A stretch of DNA of 64,000 bases from the human T2T-CHM13v2.0 reference genome, Homo sapiens. The notes beneath the pieces were generated by a model. It was given only the letters and a program-made list of their open reading frames with translations, searched no databases and was not told the DNA's origin. A program made the translations under genes and the position numbers. This document shows, in pieces, positions 39,567-53,620 of this stretch. The first letter of the stretch is position 1; each line of letters begins with the position of its first letter. Where the stretch lies: NCBI RefSeq assembly GCF_009914755.1, contig NC_060929.1. The stretch is one strand, 5' to 3'.

Positions 39567-41463
39567 AAAGGCAAGGAAGAACCAGAGGCACTGTGTGGCA
39601 TTTCAGAGGCTAAAGCCAAGGGAGCACATAGATGAGGACAGGAAGGGAACAGGAGGGCCATGGCAGCACTCTGGCTTTCTCTGCAGGTAAAATGGGGGCT
39701 CTCGTAAGGTTGGGGCAAGAGACTGACCAAGAGCTCCAGTAGTATGGGGGAAAGTGCAACTTGAACAGTGTGAGAAAGGGATGGAACAGACCCACCAGAG
39801 ACTGGGGAAAATGGAAATTTAAACTAAACTAACTAGGAGCCAGAATTAGCCAGGAGGCAAAATCAAGCAAAGTGAGGACAAAATAATCACAAACTGCAAA
39901 GCAACATGGTGAGGAAGGCAGAATGCGCCCCCGAAACTGCACATTGCTCCTTAAAGGACACCAAGCATGCATGCGGGAAAAATAGCAGGAGCCAGGGCTG
40001 TAAAAACAGGCAGAGCCAGATCATAGCGGCCAGGCAAGAAGAAACAGGCAGAACCCACAAAGGCTTCCAGAGCTCGGGCCAGGCCTGCTGGCCCTCTCCA
40101 ATCCAGCTTGTGCTGACAGCTGACAGCACCTCCCACCATCTAGAGCCCCTGCAGAGGTGCAGAGGATCAGGGGGAAGGGAGTGTGTATTCATCAGTATAT
40201 AACCAATAATGCTGTTGGTGTCATAAGAAATTGCACCTGGAACTGCAGTATAAAATCCAAGAGACTTAGCTTGCTAAAGGCAGGTTTTTAGAACCATACC
40301 AGATATTTATGATGGGTTTCTGCAAGATGTGGTGGGAAGGTTAGAATTCTGGTAGGTCCTTACTCAGGGATCTCTGTATCCCGGCCAGATGTCACCATGG
40401 AAAAGCCAGTATCATCATTTGCCTGAAGATTAGTTCTGAAACTCTGGGTCCTGGGGTTGCAAAAGGCCACAGCATGTCATGCTCTGCCCACACATTCTGA
40501 TGATGCATGCTTTGTGCCTCTGTGCTCCTCTTAGGCTAGACTATGAGAGCACTCATTTCTGCCATCCTTCCCTGTAGTCTTTTGAGATAGTAATTCAGAT
40601 ATAGAATAAGCAACACAAGATCGAGCTCACTGCTAACTCAAGCATCAGCAATGCTCAAGAGTTTTAGCATTGTTCAACTCAATAATGAATCTTGACTTGC
40701 TGGATCTTGCATTCTTGAGACTTGCAGAGGAGAGAAGCGCCCCTTCCCCAGAGACATAGGGGCAGGGAGCGATGCACAGTGGACAAAGCAGCAGTTCAAG
40801 TGAATGCATTGTCCATAGCAGTACTGTAGAGAGAGGAAGGAAGAAACATGTAAAACAGCCCTCTGCCCTGGGCAAAGCAGACAGGAGATCACCATCCCTA
40901 CCTCAGGACTCATGACTCTCACAGGAAACAAGAAGACAACGCCATCTGCTAACAATGGAGATGCTATGGCTGATATAGGAAGCCTGAGGAGTAAACAGAT
41001 TTACCAGCAGTAGAAGAAAGAGCATTAAGATTGTCAGCAGAAAGTAAGGCGTTGTGACTTCAGATCTCAACAGTTGAGTATTTCTTCCTTTGGACAGTGT
41101 TATAGTTTAACTGTACCCATCCCCCAACCAAAAAAATATGTTGAAGTCCCAACCCCCAATTTTCATGAATGTGACCTTATCTGGAAACAGGGTCTCTGCA
41201 GATATAATCAAGTTAAGATATTCCAACATGACTGGTATCCTTATAAGGAAAGGCTAATTTAGAGAGAGGCACAGGAAGATGGCCATGTGAAGATGGAGAC
41301 AGACATAGGATTGAAGCTATCATAAGCCAAGGAGTGCCTGGGGCTACTAGAGCTAGAGGAGGTAACCATGGTTTCTCCCCTCAAGGACTTGGAGAGTGCA
41401 TGGCCATGCCGGCACCTTGATTTTGGACCTTCAGCCTTCAGCATTTTAAGACAATACATTTCT

Positions 41464-43741
41464 GGTAGTTTCTGATGGTTATTTTTATTTCTGTGGGTTC
41501 AGCGGTAACATTTTCTTCTTCATTTCTAATTGTGTTTATTTGGATCTTCTTTCTTTTCTTCTTTATTAGTCTAGCTAGTGGCCTATCTTATTTTTTTTTT
41601 CAGAAAACCAACTCCAGGATTCACTAATCTTTTGAATGAGTTTTTATGTCTTGATTTCCTTCAGTTCAGCTCTGATTTTGATTGTTTGTTGTCTAGATGA
41701 GCACTGTGGGGCTCAGAGAGATTTGCCCTTTAAACACAGGCTATATATGATGCATACCTGAGCTAGGACTTTGGGGTTGATTAGGTCCTGTTTCTTCTAG
41801 CCTTGGGGTTGATTTGTTCCTGTTTCTCTAATTCTTTCCATTGTGATGGTAACCTATTAATTTGAGGTCTTCCTAACTTTTTGATGTGAACATTTAGTGC
41901 TATGCCTCTTCACACTCCCTTAGCTGTGTCCCAGAAATTCTGGTATGTTGTATCTTTGTTCTCATTAGTTTCAACGCACTTCTCGATTTCTGCCTTAATT
42001 TCATTGTTTACACAAAAGTCACCCAGGAGCATGTTGTTCGATTTCCATGTAGTTACATGGTTTTTTGAGTGATTTTCTTAGTCTTGACTTCTATGTCTAT
42101 TGCACTGTGACATGAAAGTGTGCTTGGTATGGTTTTGGTTCTTTTGCAGCTTCTGAGGATTGTTTTATGTCTAATTATGTGGTCAATTTTAAAGTATGTA
42201 CCATGTGACAATGAGAAGAATATATGTCCTGTAGTTTTTTGGTGGAGAGTTCTGTAAATGTATATCAGATTCATTTGGTTCAATGTTGAATTCAGGTCCT
42301 GAATATCTTTGTTAATTTTGTGCCTCAATGATCTGTCTAATACTGTCAGTAGAGTGTTAAAGTCTCACATTATTATTGTGTGTGAGTCCAAGACTAATTG
42401 AAGGTCTCTAAAAACTTATGAATCTGGGTGCTACCGTGTTGTGTGCATATATATTTAGGATAGTTATGTCATCTTGTTGAACTGAATCCTTTACCATTAT
42501 GTAATGCCTGTCTTTGTCTTTTTGATCTTTGTTGGTTTGAAGTCAGTTTTGTCTGAAATTAAAATGGCAAACCCTGCCTTTTTCTCTTTTCCATTTGCTT
42601 GGTAGATTTTTTTCCATCCCTTTATTTTGAGCCTATGGGTGTCACTTCATGTGACACAGGTCTCTTGAAGATAGCACACTATTGAGTCTTGCCTCTTTCT
42701 CCACCTTGCCACTCTGTGCCCTTTAAGGGGAGCATTTAGCCTGTTTACATTCAAGATTAGTATTGATATGCATGGATTTGATCCTATCATTATGTTGTTA
42801 GCTGGTTATTATGTTGGCTTGCTTGTGTGGTTGCTTTATGGTGACACTGGCTGCGTGTTTAAGGGTGGTTTTGTATTAGCTGGTAGCAGTCTTTCCTTTC
42901 TATATTTAGTGCTCCTTTCAAGATCTCTTGTAAGGCAAGTTTGGTGGTTAACAAAGTCACTCAACATTTGCTTATCTGAAGAGAATCTTATTTCTCCTTC
43001 ACTTAGGAAGCTAAGTTTAGCCGGATATGAAATTCTTGGTTGAAGACTTTTTCTTTATTTTTAATTTAAGAATGCTGAATATAGGCCCCCAATCTCTTCT
43101 GGCTTGTAGGATTTCAGCTGAGAGGTCCACTGTTAGCCTGATGGTGTTCCATTTGTAGGTGACCTGTCTTTTCTCTCTAGCTGCCATTAACATTCTTTCT
43201 TTCATTTCGACCATGGAAAATCTGATGACTGTGTGTCTTGGGGATGATCTTCTTCTGTAGAATCTTGCAGGCATTCTCTGTATTTCCTAAATTTGACTTT
43301 TGGCCTCTCTAGCAAAGTTGGGGAAGTTTTCATGGATGATATTTGAAATATGTTTTCCAATTTGTTTGCTTTCTTCCCCTCCCTCTCAGGGATGCCGAGG
43401 ATTCATAGATTTGGTGTCTTTACCTCTTTACATAATCCCACAGTTCTCAAAGGTTTTGTTCATTCCTTTTATTCTTTTTTCTTTGACTGTCTTATTTCAC
43501 AGAACCAGTCTTCAAGCTCTGAGATTCTTTCCTCAGCTTGGTTTATTCCGCTGTTAATACTTGTGATTGCATTGTAAAATCCTTGTATTGTGTTATTCAG
43601 CTCTGTCAGACCTGTGAAGTTCTTTTTTATATGGGCTATTCCTTCCTTCAGCTTCTGTATCACTTTATTATAATCCTTATTTTCCTTGGATTGCATTTTG
43701 CTGTCCTTCTAAATCTCTAACTTCATTCCTATCCATATTCT
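41464..43741 (-). mobile_element. L1 (L1PA13-16/L1PREC2-like) inverted segment: ORF1 plus 5' ORF2 endonuclease region, decayed
   Basis: Minus-strand remnants INQAEERISELED (ORF1 coiled coil), SPRHTVIRF...IRLTVDLSAEILQARRDW (ORF1) and DLNSTLNQMNLIYIYRTLH...HGTYFKIDHI (ORF2 endonuclease). Confidence 0.93.
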
Positions 43742-44000
43742 CACTTATAAATGAGAGGTAAATGAAGAGAACTTATGAACACAAAGAAGGAAACAAAGAA
43801 CACTGGGGTCTACTTGAGGGTAGAGGCGGGGAGGAGGGAGAAGAGAAGAAAGTATAACTACTGGGTACTGGACTTAACTCCTGGGTAATAAAATAATCTG
43901 TACAACAAAACCCCATGACATGGGTTTACCTTTGTAACAAACCTTCACATATCCTGCAGAACCGAAAAGTTAAAAATTAAATAAATATTTTTTAAAAAAA
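43734..44000 (+). mobile_element. L1 3' UTR terminus and A-tail (non-inverted part of the same insertion)
   Basis: ttctcacttataaatgagagg...cactggggtctacttgagggt...aatctgtacaacaaaaccccatgac...aaagttaaaaattaaaataaa. Confidence 0.9.
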
Positions 44001-45167
44001 GAGAATAAATTTCTATTGTTTTGAGCTACCCTGTTTGTGGTACTTTGTTTTAGCAACCTAGGAAACAAGCACAGGCACTGTCCAAAATGTCACTGAAGGT
44101 ATGGCTTGATGAAACAATTCATTGGTGGCTGTCTGCTGGCTGCCTGGAAGTTTGGGCAGAACAGTGCCCAGTATATGAGCACGCAGTAAAAGTTAGTGAC
44201 TGCTCTACTGGGCGTTTCATCGGTTTGTCCAATAACTATTGGAAACATGCAGAGGGACTACCTAAATGCATAAGCAAATTGTCTCATACACAATTTAATC
44301 ACAGTTAATCGGAATGCAAAAATTTTGCTGACTAAGGTTAGCAGCTGCTATACCCTCCCAACTTCTCCTGCTGAGACAATTTTCTTTCCTCAACACAAAA
44401 ATGTTGCAAAAAACTGAAAAGCATGCAAAACAAAGAAGTGAGTTTTGTTCATCATTATATGTAAGCAGCTGCTAGCTGAGTGGTGGCCTTCTAGAGGATC
44501 CAAGTCCTGCTAATGTTCTGGAAGTCACAAGATTAGATGGTGATGGATGTAGCTTGAATGTGCCAGTAAAGATGAGGAAAGAGGATGTTGGAAGGTGTCA
44601 GTAATTCAAGAACCACAGGCCCAAATAATCACTCATTTATTCAGTCAACAAACATGTATTAACTCCCTACTACATCTCAGACATTGTATCGGACTTTGGG
44701 GAGTTCACAGTAGCTCCCCTTATTTGTGGAGTACTGACTATGTGCCAGACACTAATACTTATCATCTTCGTTGTCCCACTTTATTCTCACAATGTCCAGG
44801 TCAGGTAGTCAGTGATCTGCAGTATGCAGATGAGGAAGCCAAGAACCAGTAAGACAAATTTATGCCCCAAGGGCCAAGCCTCAGATCGTCTAACTCCAAA
44901 GCTTCTACTGTCTATCTCAAAGCTTCACACCACATATTACTGGCTATTCTGTGGAGAGTGGGTCAGAGAGGGGCTAGTGCAGCATTTCAGATGAGGAAGG
45001 CTTGAACAAGCACAGAAGTGGAGGAATAAGAAGAAAGACTCAGGTCTGGGAGCCACTCTAAAAGTGGTCTCTGCAGGACCTGGGGTTGAGTGGGTCTGGA
45101 AAGAGAGGGAAGGAGTTGGCTGAGATTTGCAGGTGTCTGGCTCAGATGAGAGGTGAAACATGGAGCC

Positions 45168-45555
45168 TGCTCTGGGCTGAGTTTTGTCTCCCAAAACTTA
45201 TGTTAAGGTCCCAGCCCCCAGTACTCCAGAATGTAACTATACTCAAAAACAGGGTCTTCAAGTGGGTAATTAGGTTAAAATGAGGTCATTGGAGTGGGCT
45301 TTAATCCAATATGACTGCTGTCCTTATAAGAATAGGAAATTAGGCAACAGGCATGGACAGAGGGAAGACCATGTTTAGAAGACATAGGGAGAAGATGACA
45401 TCTACAAGCCAAGGAGAGAGGCCTCAGGAGACACCAATCCTGCTGACAGCTTCCTTTTGGACTTTCAGCCTCCAGAAGTTTGGGCAAATAAATGTCTGCT
45501 GTTTAAGCACCCAGGCTGTGATACTTTGTCATGGCATCCCTAGAAAACTAATACA
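45168..45555 (+). mobile_element. MaLR solo LTR (MLT1B-like)
   Basis: TG...CA termini, perfect 5-bp TSD gagcc at 45163-45167 and 45556-45560, AATAAA at 45487. Confidence 0.93.
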
Positions 45556-45749
45556 GAGCCCATACCCAAGATTGAAAAACAAAGAAATGAACATGAATGG
45601 GGTAGGCTGAGCTGAAAGTACTGCAAGGAGCATCCAGCTGGAAGTGAACATCGCATCTGTGGACTAAGTCGGAGCTGAGACCAGATCTGTGAATGGTCCT
45701 CAGTAGGCGGGCATGGTGTGAGTCAGGGGAGTTAAAATTTTGGAATAGA

Positions 45750-46150
45750 AAAAAAAATGTGATTACATATACACCATGGACTACTACTCAGCTATAAAAA
45801 GGAACAAAATAATGTATTTTGCATCAACTTGGAAGGAGCTGGAGATCATTATTCCAAGGGGAGTAATTCAAGAATGGAAAACCAAATATCGTGTGTTCTT
45901 ACTTGTAAGTGGGAGCTAAGCTATGAGGATGCAAAGGCATAAGAATGATACAATGGTCTTTTGGGACTTGTGGGAAAGGTTGGCAGGGGAGTGGGGGATA
46001 AAAGACTATATACAGGGTACGGTGTACACTGTTCAGGTGAAGGGTGCACTACAATCTCAGAAATTACCACTAAATAACTTATCCATGTAACCAAAAACCA
46101 CCTGTGCCCCAGAAATTATTGGAATAGAAAACTAAGAAAAAACAACAAAA
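45750..46150 (+). mobile_element. 5'-truncated L1MA1/2-like 3' end
   Basis: tacaccatggactactactcagctataaaaagg...gtgggagctaagctatgaggatgcaaaggc...gtaaccaaaaaccacctg, followed by an A-rich tail. Confidence 0.88.
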
Positions 46151-46358
46151 AAACTTCAGGATAGATGGGAATCCAAGTAACCAAAAACCACCTGTGCCCC
46201 AGAAATTATTGAAATAGAAAACTAAGAAAAAACAACAACAAAACTTCAGAATAGATGGGAATCCAAGTAACCAAAAACCACCTGTGCCCCAGAAATTATT
46301 GAAATAGAAAACTAAGAAAAAAACAACAAAAAAAATTTGGTATAGATGGGAATCCAAG
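46081..46358. repeat. Tandem repeat, 90-bp unit x 3
   Basis: atcca(t/a)gtaaccaaaaaccacctgtgccccagaaattattg... starts at 46081, 46171 and 46261, with a terminal atccaag at 46352. Confidence 0.97.
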
Positions 46359-46995
46359 AAAAGCGTGTGGAATGAGAAGAGTGGGCAGAAGGAAGGGATT
46401 GAGGACAGAATTCCCAGGGATAAGCAAAGCTTAAAGACCAGCGGAAGGAAAAGAGTCAAGGACAGGGCAGACGCTCAAGCCACAGCGTGCACTACCTAAG
46501 TATGGTACAGCATAAACTTTCTGTAAAAGAAACTTCGAGGCAACAATGTCATCCTTCCAGTAAGATAGTTAAGGTAATGGCTGGAAATCGGTCCTCAAAT
46601 AATGTAACTAGACACTGTGGGACTGGGGAGAACCACAGCAGCGCCGCATGGTGGGATGCAAAGGGCAGAGAAGATGAGAATTGCCTGAAGATGGGAGTTT
46701 AAGACTGCCGTCCTCAACAAAGTCAGCCAATAATGGAGGGCAACTGATGGGACAGGGACTTACCCTCCACTCCTCCTGTTTCTGCTGAGAGAAAATTGCC
46801 ACTGCATGGCCACCAAAGCAGGAAGACCTACGCCTTCACCACCCCATTGTAGCCTCCTTCCGCAACAAGTCCAACTCTCAAATTTTATTTTGCTCACTTG
46901 GTTGAAAACTCAAGAGAGAAGTCTGAGAGCATCATTTAATGGGTCCTTAAAATCACCATGTGAAAGTGGAGCATTCTTGGACACGGCAGAACTAA

Positions 46996-47371
<376 letters not shown>

Positions 47372-49159
47372 CCCCGAACATTTTTCTGAAATCATGAGTC
47401 ATCATTAGAAAGGAAGAAATTTGAGGTTATGGTGAAAAGAAAGATAATGGATAAGGCAGAAATATTGTCCAAAAAACGAAAATTACTCCAGAACACAGCA
47501 GAAAGAATCAGCTACAGACCCCGAGTGACAAGAAGAGGTAAGTTTGAGGGCTTACTGGGAAAAACCCTTTAGAACCTAACATTTCTCTGTAAAGTAGGAG
47601 GAAAGATAAACCCATTGAGAATCCCTGGGAGAGGCTGGGAGAGGACTGGAGTGGGGGTAGTTGCAAGGGGAGAGGACAGGAACTGGGGTGCTTAGACCAT
47701 TACGGAGCTGACCTGAGGGCCTCACTGAAGACAGAGGCTCCACCTTTTCTGTTGCCCTTTCTACCACAGGACGATTCTCACTAGCACCCCAGTGTTTAAG
47801 AGACACAGAAGCCAAGGGGTGGCCCCCCCTGGGGCTGGATTTGGTGGGAGTCAGTGCAGGCGGGCAGGAGTGGAAGGAGAACTAAAGGAGGAAGACCTGA
47901 GACAAGGGCATCTGGCAAAGAACAGATGGGATGCAAAGCCTGTGTCCCAATTAGGCCAGGAAGGATAAATGTCCCTGTGTTCAGGCTCAGCAGGGGGTGG
48001 AAGCAGAACCTAGTGTGGTTAGAGACCAGAATCCATCCTGGATGGAGGATCAATCAGAGAAGCGAATCAGGGTCAACTAGGAGTGGAAATAGTATCTCAG
48101 GGCTCAGCAGTAGCAGAAAGTGCCCTAACAAAACACAGGAGAGGTATGAAGACAACACTTCATATGCAATAACTCAGGGTCCTCAGGCAGGGCTCTTGGT
48201 TTTCTATCCTAGGAGAGAGGGTCTTCCCAATGTAGGCCAGGGAAGGAGTGTGGGGGAGGGCGGTGGAAATGCTGCTTTCCTGAGAAATGCAGGCTATTCA
48301 TTGTCATGCAAATTGTGCTGCCCTTGTGGCCTGAGTGGTAGAGCCACCGTATTGACCTCTGAATTACTTTCAGTGTCTGCAGTTATCAGATCTTAGAAAT
48401 GAACAGCAGAATGTTTTAGGAATCGGAAACATTAATGCCTTTGTAAATCAAATAACAATGTTATGCCTGAGAAGACTGTGATAAACACTGTTTTAGCTCT
48501 TCCATTGCCTGGATGGCAACACATGACTCTCCAATGGAAAAGGAGAATTCACAGATGCTGACAACCAGGACGCTGACCGATACTGACCACCTGATCAGCT
48601 GGTGGTCACTCAGTCACATGTAAGAAGGCAGCTAGTGTTTGTAACTCATACTATGACCTGAATTGTTTTTCCAGGATATTCTTAAAGTGTCACTTTGGGA
48701 AAAGAGCTTTTTACTTTGCTTCTGGCAAATGCTAATTACAAAGCTTTTATTGGGATAGGGATTCTTGATTTTTAAGTGGAAACTTCCTTGGCCAGTCAGA
48801 ATCAACAAACATATGGAAAGAACAACTTGAAGCTGCACAGATGAAAGTTTCAGGGCCAAAAGGGGACCATCCACATAGAATCAACTGATTCGGTTGAAGT
48901 CAGTTCAACAGAAATGATGTTAATGGGAGAAATCTAGTTAGTGCTTCAGTTTGGGAAAACAATTCATGTTTCCCTTTGGAAGCAATAGAGTCATTTAGTT
49001 TACTTGAGAAAGTTAATGACGAGGACATCCTTTTTTTCCTACAGGACAGTCTTTTAAAGGCAATCTCTGATGATTAGGTTGACTGTATTATTTGGCAAAA
49101 TACTTGCATTGAATATATGTACACGTATCCATGGTTTTGCATATATGATGAGTCTAAAG

Positions 49160-49391
49160 CAGTGGTTCTCAACTAGAGTTAATTCCCCCCTCCCAGGGGG
49201 TACTGAAAAATTGCTGAAAACATTTTTTGTTGTTACAACTGGGCAGAGGAGGATGCTACTGGCATATAATGACTATAGGTTGAAAATGCTGCTAGACATC
49301 CTACTATGCCAAGGACAAGACCCACCCCCCAGTCCCACAACTAAGACAATTTGGCCCAAAACATCACTAGTGCTGAGGTTGAGAAACTCTG
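49160..49391. mobile_element. MER20 (hAT-Charlie) relic
   Basis: cagtggttctcaac...ttgttacaactggg...tgctactggcat...agtgctgaggttgagaaactctg; flanks gtctaaag / gtctacat. Confidence 0.88.
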
Positions 49392-49639
49392 GTCTACATA
49401 ATTAGCTGATATGTAGCAAAAGTCTACTAACTCTCAAGATTTCACTTTTGTACAAACTATCAAATAAATGCTTGGGGCAATGGATTACACATGGTACATA
49501 TACATTGTCTTTGTAGGTGTATGTGTATGTGCGTGTGTGTGTGAGACCACACTCACACATGAATGCACAGATATACAGAGGGCTGCATTTCAGCTGACAC
49601 ACATCAGGGCTTTGTACACAGCGAACCTCAATTTGGATG

Positions 49640-50047
49640 GTTGTCACCATCTTCTGATTGCTCAGTAAGCAAGTGACCAAGTTCTGGCCCAGAACTGAAA
49701 GAAGCCTTCTAAGGGTTTCTGGTTTCTTTAAAAATAAATGCATGGATGAAAAGGGGAGAGGGATGTGGCTCTTCTTCGAGTGGATGTTGCCACATGTGGA
49801 TGCAATACCTGAATTTGCAGCAACAATTTTGCAACCACAAGCAGAGGTGGCCTGAGGGCCCATCTGCCAGACTGTGGATGGCAGAGACTGCAGTGAATAC
49901 TCGCCTCCTTATTAACTGAGCCACTGAATGAATAAACCCTGAAGATGCCTACTACTAACTTCTAAGTATGTGAGTTGATACATTTTTTACATTTTTAATT
50001 GTCATACTTTTTGGAGTTACCTATAGACAAACACATTCTTTTATACA
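49640..50047 (+). mobile_element. Ancient MaLR LTR (MLT1J-like)
   Basis: gtgaccaagttctggcc, ttgcagcaacaattttgcaacca and tgagccactgaa motifs; very diverged. Confidence 0.5.
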
Positions 50048-50444
50048 GTTGCTGAAAATTACATGCCATGTTAGTAATTTCCATTTCTAGACACATAAAA
50101 TGGAAGTTAAGAAGTAATGCACAGGAGTCTACACATGACAAGCTGTCAAATTTTCTAGACATTAAACAACAATATAAAAAAAAAACAGCAAGTTTCTATA
50201 AGTGGTCATATCAACATTAGCCATATTATCATGGTTAGAGTGTTGCGAATATCACTTCTCTTCCAAATACTAAATAGCCATATGATATCCTGTTTATCAT
50301 TAGTCCTGAACAAGCGACACTTTGATTTCTTTAGAAGATGAAGAATTCATTTTTATTTAGAGTGTTGTAGTTTGCTTTTGAGCACCAAATCACCAGGAAT
50401 CAAAGACAAATGAGGTGAGAAAGAGGGAGTGACGGAAGGCTTAC

Positions 50445-50658
50445 CATTGAGCCATTTGGAGTTGTACTGCGCCGTGCGGAGAGGAGGTAAAATGCCTAGG
50501 CTTCGGTAAATGGCAGGATCACGTCCTGGAAAATCCATGGCTGTAGCAGCATAGAGCTCCCCACCAGCTGTGAGGAGCGCTGTGGAATTGTGCTGGGGAC
50601 TGTAGGGACAGCGGGCCATGCCACTGATCTGATCATGGATCTCAGTCAGGTTGCTCAA
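50445..50658 (-). CDS. SEMA5A: SEMA5A coding exon (probably exon 8), 214 nt, phase 0-1
   Basis: cccccacag|TTGAGC...CTCAATG|gtaagc; translates to LSNLTEIHDQISGMARCPYSPQHNST...LRTAQYNSKWLN, with the Sema CPY and WLN motifs. Confidence 0.98.
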
Positions 50659-51042
50659 CTGTGGGGGAGGATGAGAGGGAAAGCAGTTATCTCTGCACAA
50701 GCCCCTTTAGTGATGCTTATGGTCACACCCACCATCATCACAGTGATGCTTGTGCAACAGCCTCTCGGGGGCCCATGGGGCAAGATGACCAACTTTTACA
50801 TTCCAACTGATGTAAAGAGCCTACTCTGCTCATGGTAAGACAGTCCATCAATCAGTTTCTTTCTCATCACTTTAGAGTTACTGAACCTTGTACCACTGAA
50901 TACTCACAAAATAAGAAATAAGATCATTGTATATATGCCTTTGATTTATAATGCACAAGTATTGCATACTTTTCCACTTTAATATAAAAACCAGTGTCAA
51001 TATTTACAGAAATAGGATCACAATAAAGAATTATGTATAATT

Positions 51043-51656
<614 letters not shown>

Positions 51657-52637
51657 TCAGGCCCGGTAGGTACAGGCACACTGCTTGCTCTGCTATGAGA
51701 TGTGTACCTGGGTAAGTTCCTTCAGCTCTTTATGTCTCAGGTTCTTCTTTCATAAAAGGGGGCCCCAAAGAGTAGCGATCTTGTGGGGCAGATGTTGAGG
51801 ACTGAACCATGGCACTGGTGAAAGCGCCCAGGGCAGGGTGCAGCACCTAGAGAGCTCCCTGAGTTTCACACCCCTTATCATCCAACTCCTCCCTTTATTT
51901 CCAATAACTGAATGCTAACCTGAAATCATGAACAGTAAAAGCAGATGGTCAATTAAGGTCTTGAGGAAAGTTGTGCAACCAGGGAATGAACATATTTCTT
52001 CATGATATTCCCAGAGGAAGGTTGCATTTATACCCTGAATTAGGAAGATTCCACGTGTGTTCTACTGACCCTGCCATGCTACTGCTATGGTGTGTGCAGC
52101 TGAAAATTACTCTGTCAATGATTGCCAGGTTAAAGACAAGAAAGAGGATCAGTTATAACTGGACTTTGCCTAGGGTGCAATTTCTTAGTTTGCTTATTTT
52201 TTTTTACATACTTCTTATCCAATTTGTAGGCTAATTTTTTCTTCCCTTGGATTGTGATTTTAGACCATTTTAATAATTTTAAATAAATATAAATAACAGT
52301 AACAGTATCTCTACCATAAAGCAGAATAAGACAAAAAAGAATATGTTTAGGATTAATGTTTAAAGTCACTGGTGGAAAAAAATGCTGGTTGGAATAGTTT
52401 AGAAACATATTTAAGTTTAATTATACAAGTTATAATTATTTCCAGTTATTTATCTAATTGATGGTCCTGATTAGAAATATATCAATAAATCAAATATTTA
52501 TTCAATTTGACAAAAAGTGCTTTAGAATTGAACAGCAACACCTTGGTGTATAGAAATTCATTTAAAACTAGTATTTTTACACAATGTTTTGCCTCTTCTG
52601 ATATTAAATTCTTTTGAGGCACAAAAAGAAGCCATAC

Positions 52638-52736
52638 CGAGCGGTTGGTGCAGACAGGCGTGAATGCATTGGTCCCACAGGTGAATAACCGGTCGCCACC
52701 CACCAGAAGCACCCGGATGTAGTTCTGACATTCCTC
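52638..52736 (-). CDS. SEMA5A: SEMA5A coding exon (probably exon 7), 99 nt, phase 0-0
   Basis: ttccctcag|GAGGAATGT...CGCTCG|gtatgg; translates to EECQNYIRVLLVGGDRLFTCGTNAFTPVCTNRS, with the Sema-domain CxNYIR and CGTNAF motifs. Confidence 0.98.
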
Positions 52737-53319
52737 CTGAGGGAAAATAAATAAATTAATTAAAAATATATATATATATGTATAATGATAAACATGCTAA
52801 CAAAGTCTGAGCACAAGAAGAATGGTGAGAAGGAATACATTTTATCTAATAAATATGTAAGCCATTAATAAAATGTAAACCATTAAAACAACAAATAAAC
52901 CTTTCAGATATTGACCAAAAAATAACAACAGAGCTATTAAACAATTTGATTTTTATCAAATAAATTTAATTGCTGTATCTGCACCTTGTTTGATAAAAAA
53001 TATGAAGATAAATACATGTTCAATTAAATTCTCAAAGCATGCATCTAATTTTGACAGAAATGATTTCATTTTGAATTGTATCTGATAGTAGCACAAATGC
53101 TAAATGGCCTTGGACGGGTATTAGGAAAATAAATAAAAGGAACCTATTAGATGTCGCTCGGGAAGCAGTGCCTTGGAAAACTTCCTCAGACTTTGAGAAA
53201 ATGCTGCAAGCGCTTTTTGATCAGAAGGTCACATGAGAAACTCTGTACACAAACTGGAGCAAATTTTACTTTATGGGATCCAACTGCATATTTTAAATAC
53301 AAAGCAAGTATCTATATGA

Positions 53320-53620
<301 letters not shown>

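Larger units (their letters stand above)
41098..44073 (+). mobile_element. MLT1B/C-like solo LTR split by an L1 insertion (LTR parts 41098-41463 and 43999-44073)
   Basis: 5' part tgttatag...gaatgtgaccttatctggaaacagggtctctgcagat; 3' part aataaatttctattgttttgagctaccc...ggaaacaagcaca resumes after the L1. Confidence 0.85.

Noticed and set aside
42053-43696. L1 ORF1/ORF2 peptides as a functional gene or active element
   Set aside because: Fragmented by stops and frameshifts, with no RT domain or 5' UTR.
46079-46459. 126-aa ORF with a repeated hydrophobic motif (NNFWGTGGFWL x3)
   Set aside because: An artefact of the 90-bp tandem unit being a multiple of three; it is antisense L1 tail sequence.
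47854-48396. Longest ORF in the track (180 aa, + strand)
   Set aside because: Starts at GTG, lies in purine-rich sequence, and shows no domain similarity or splice support; consistent with chance.
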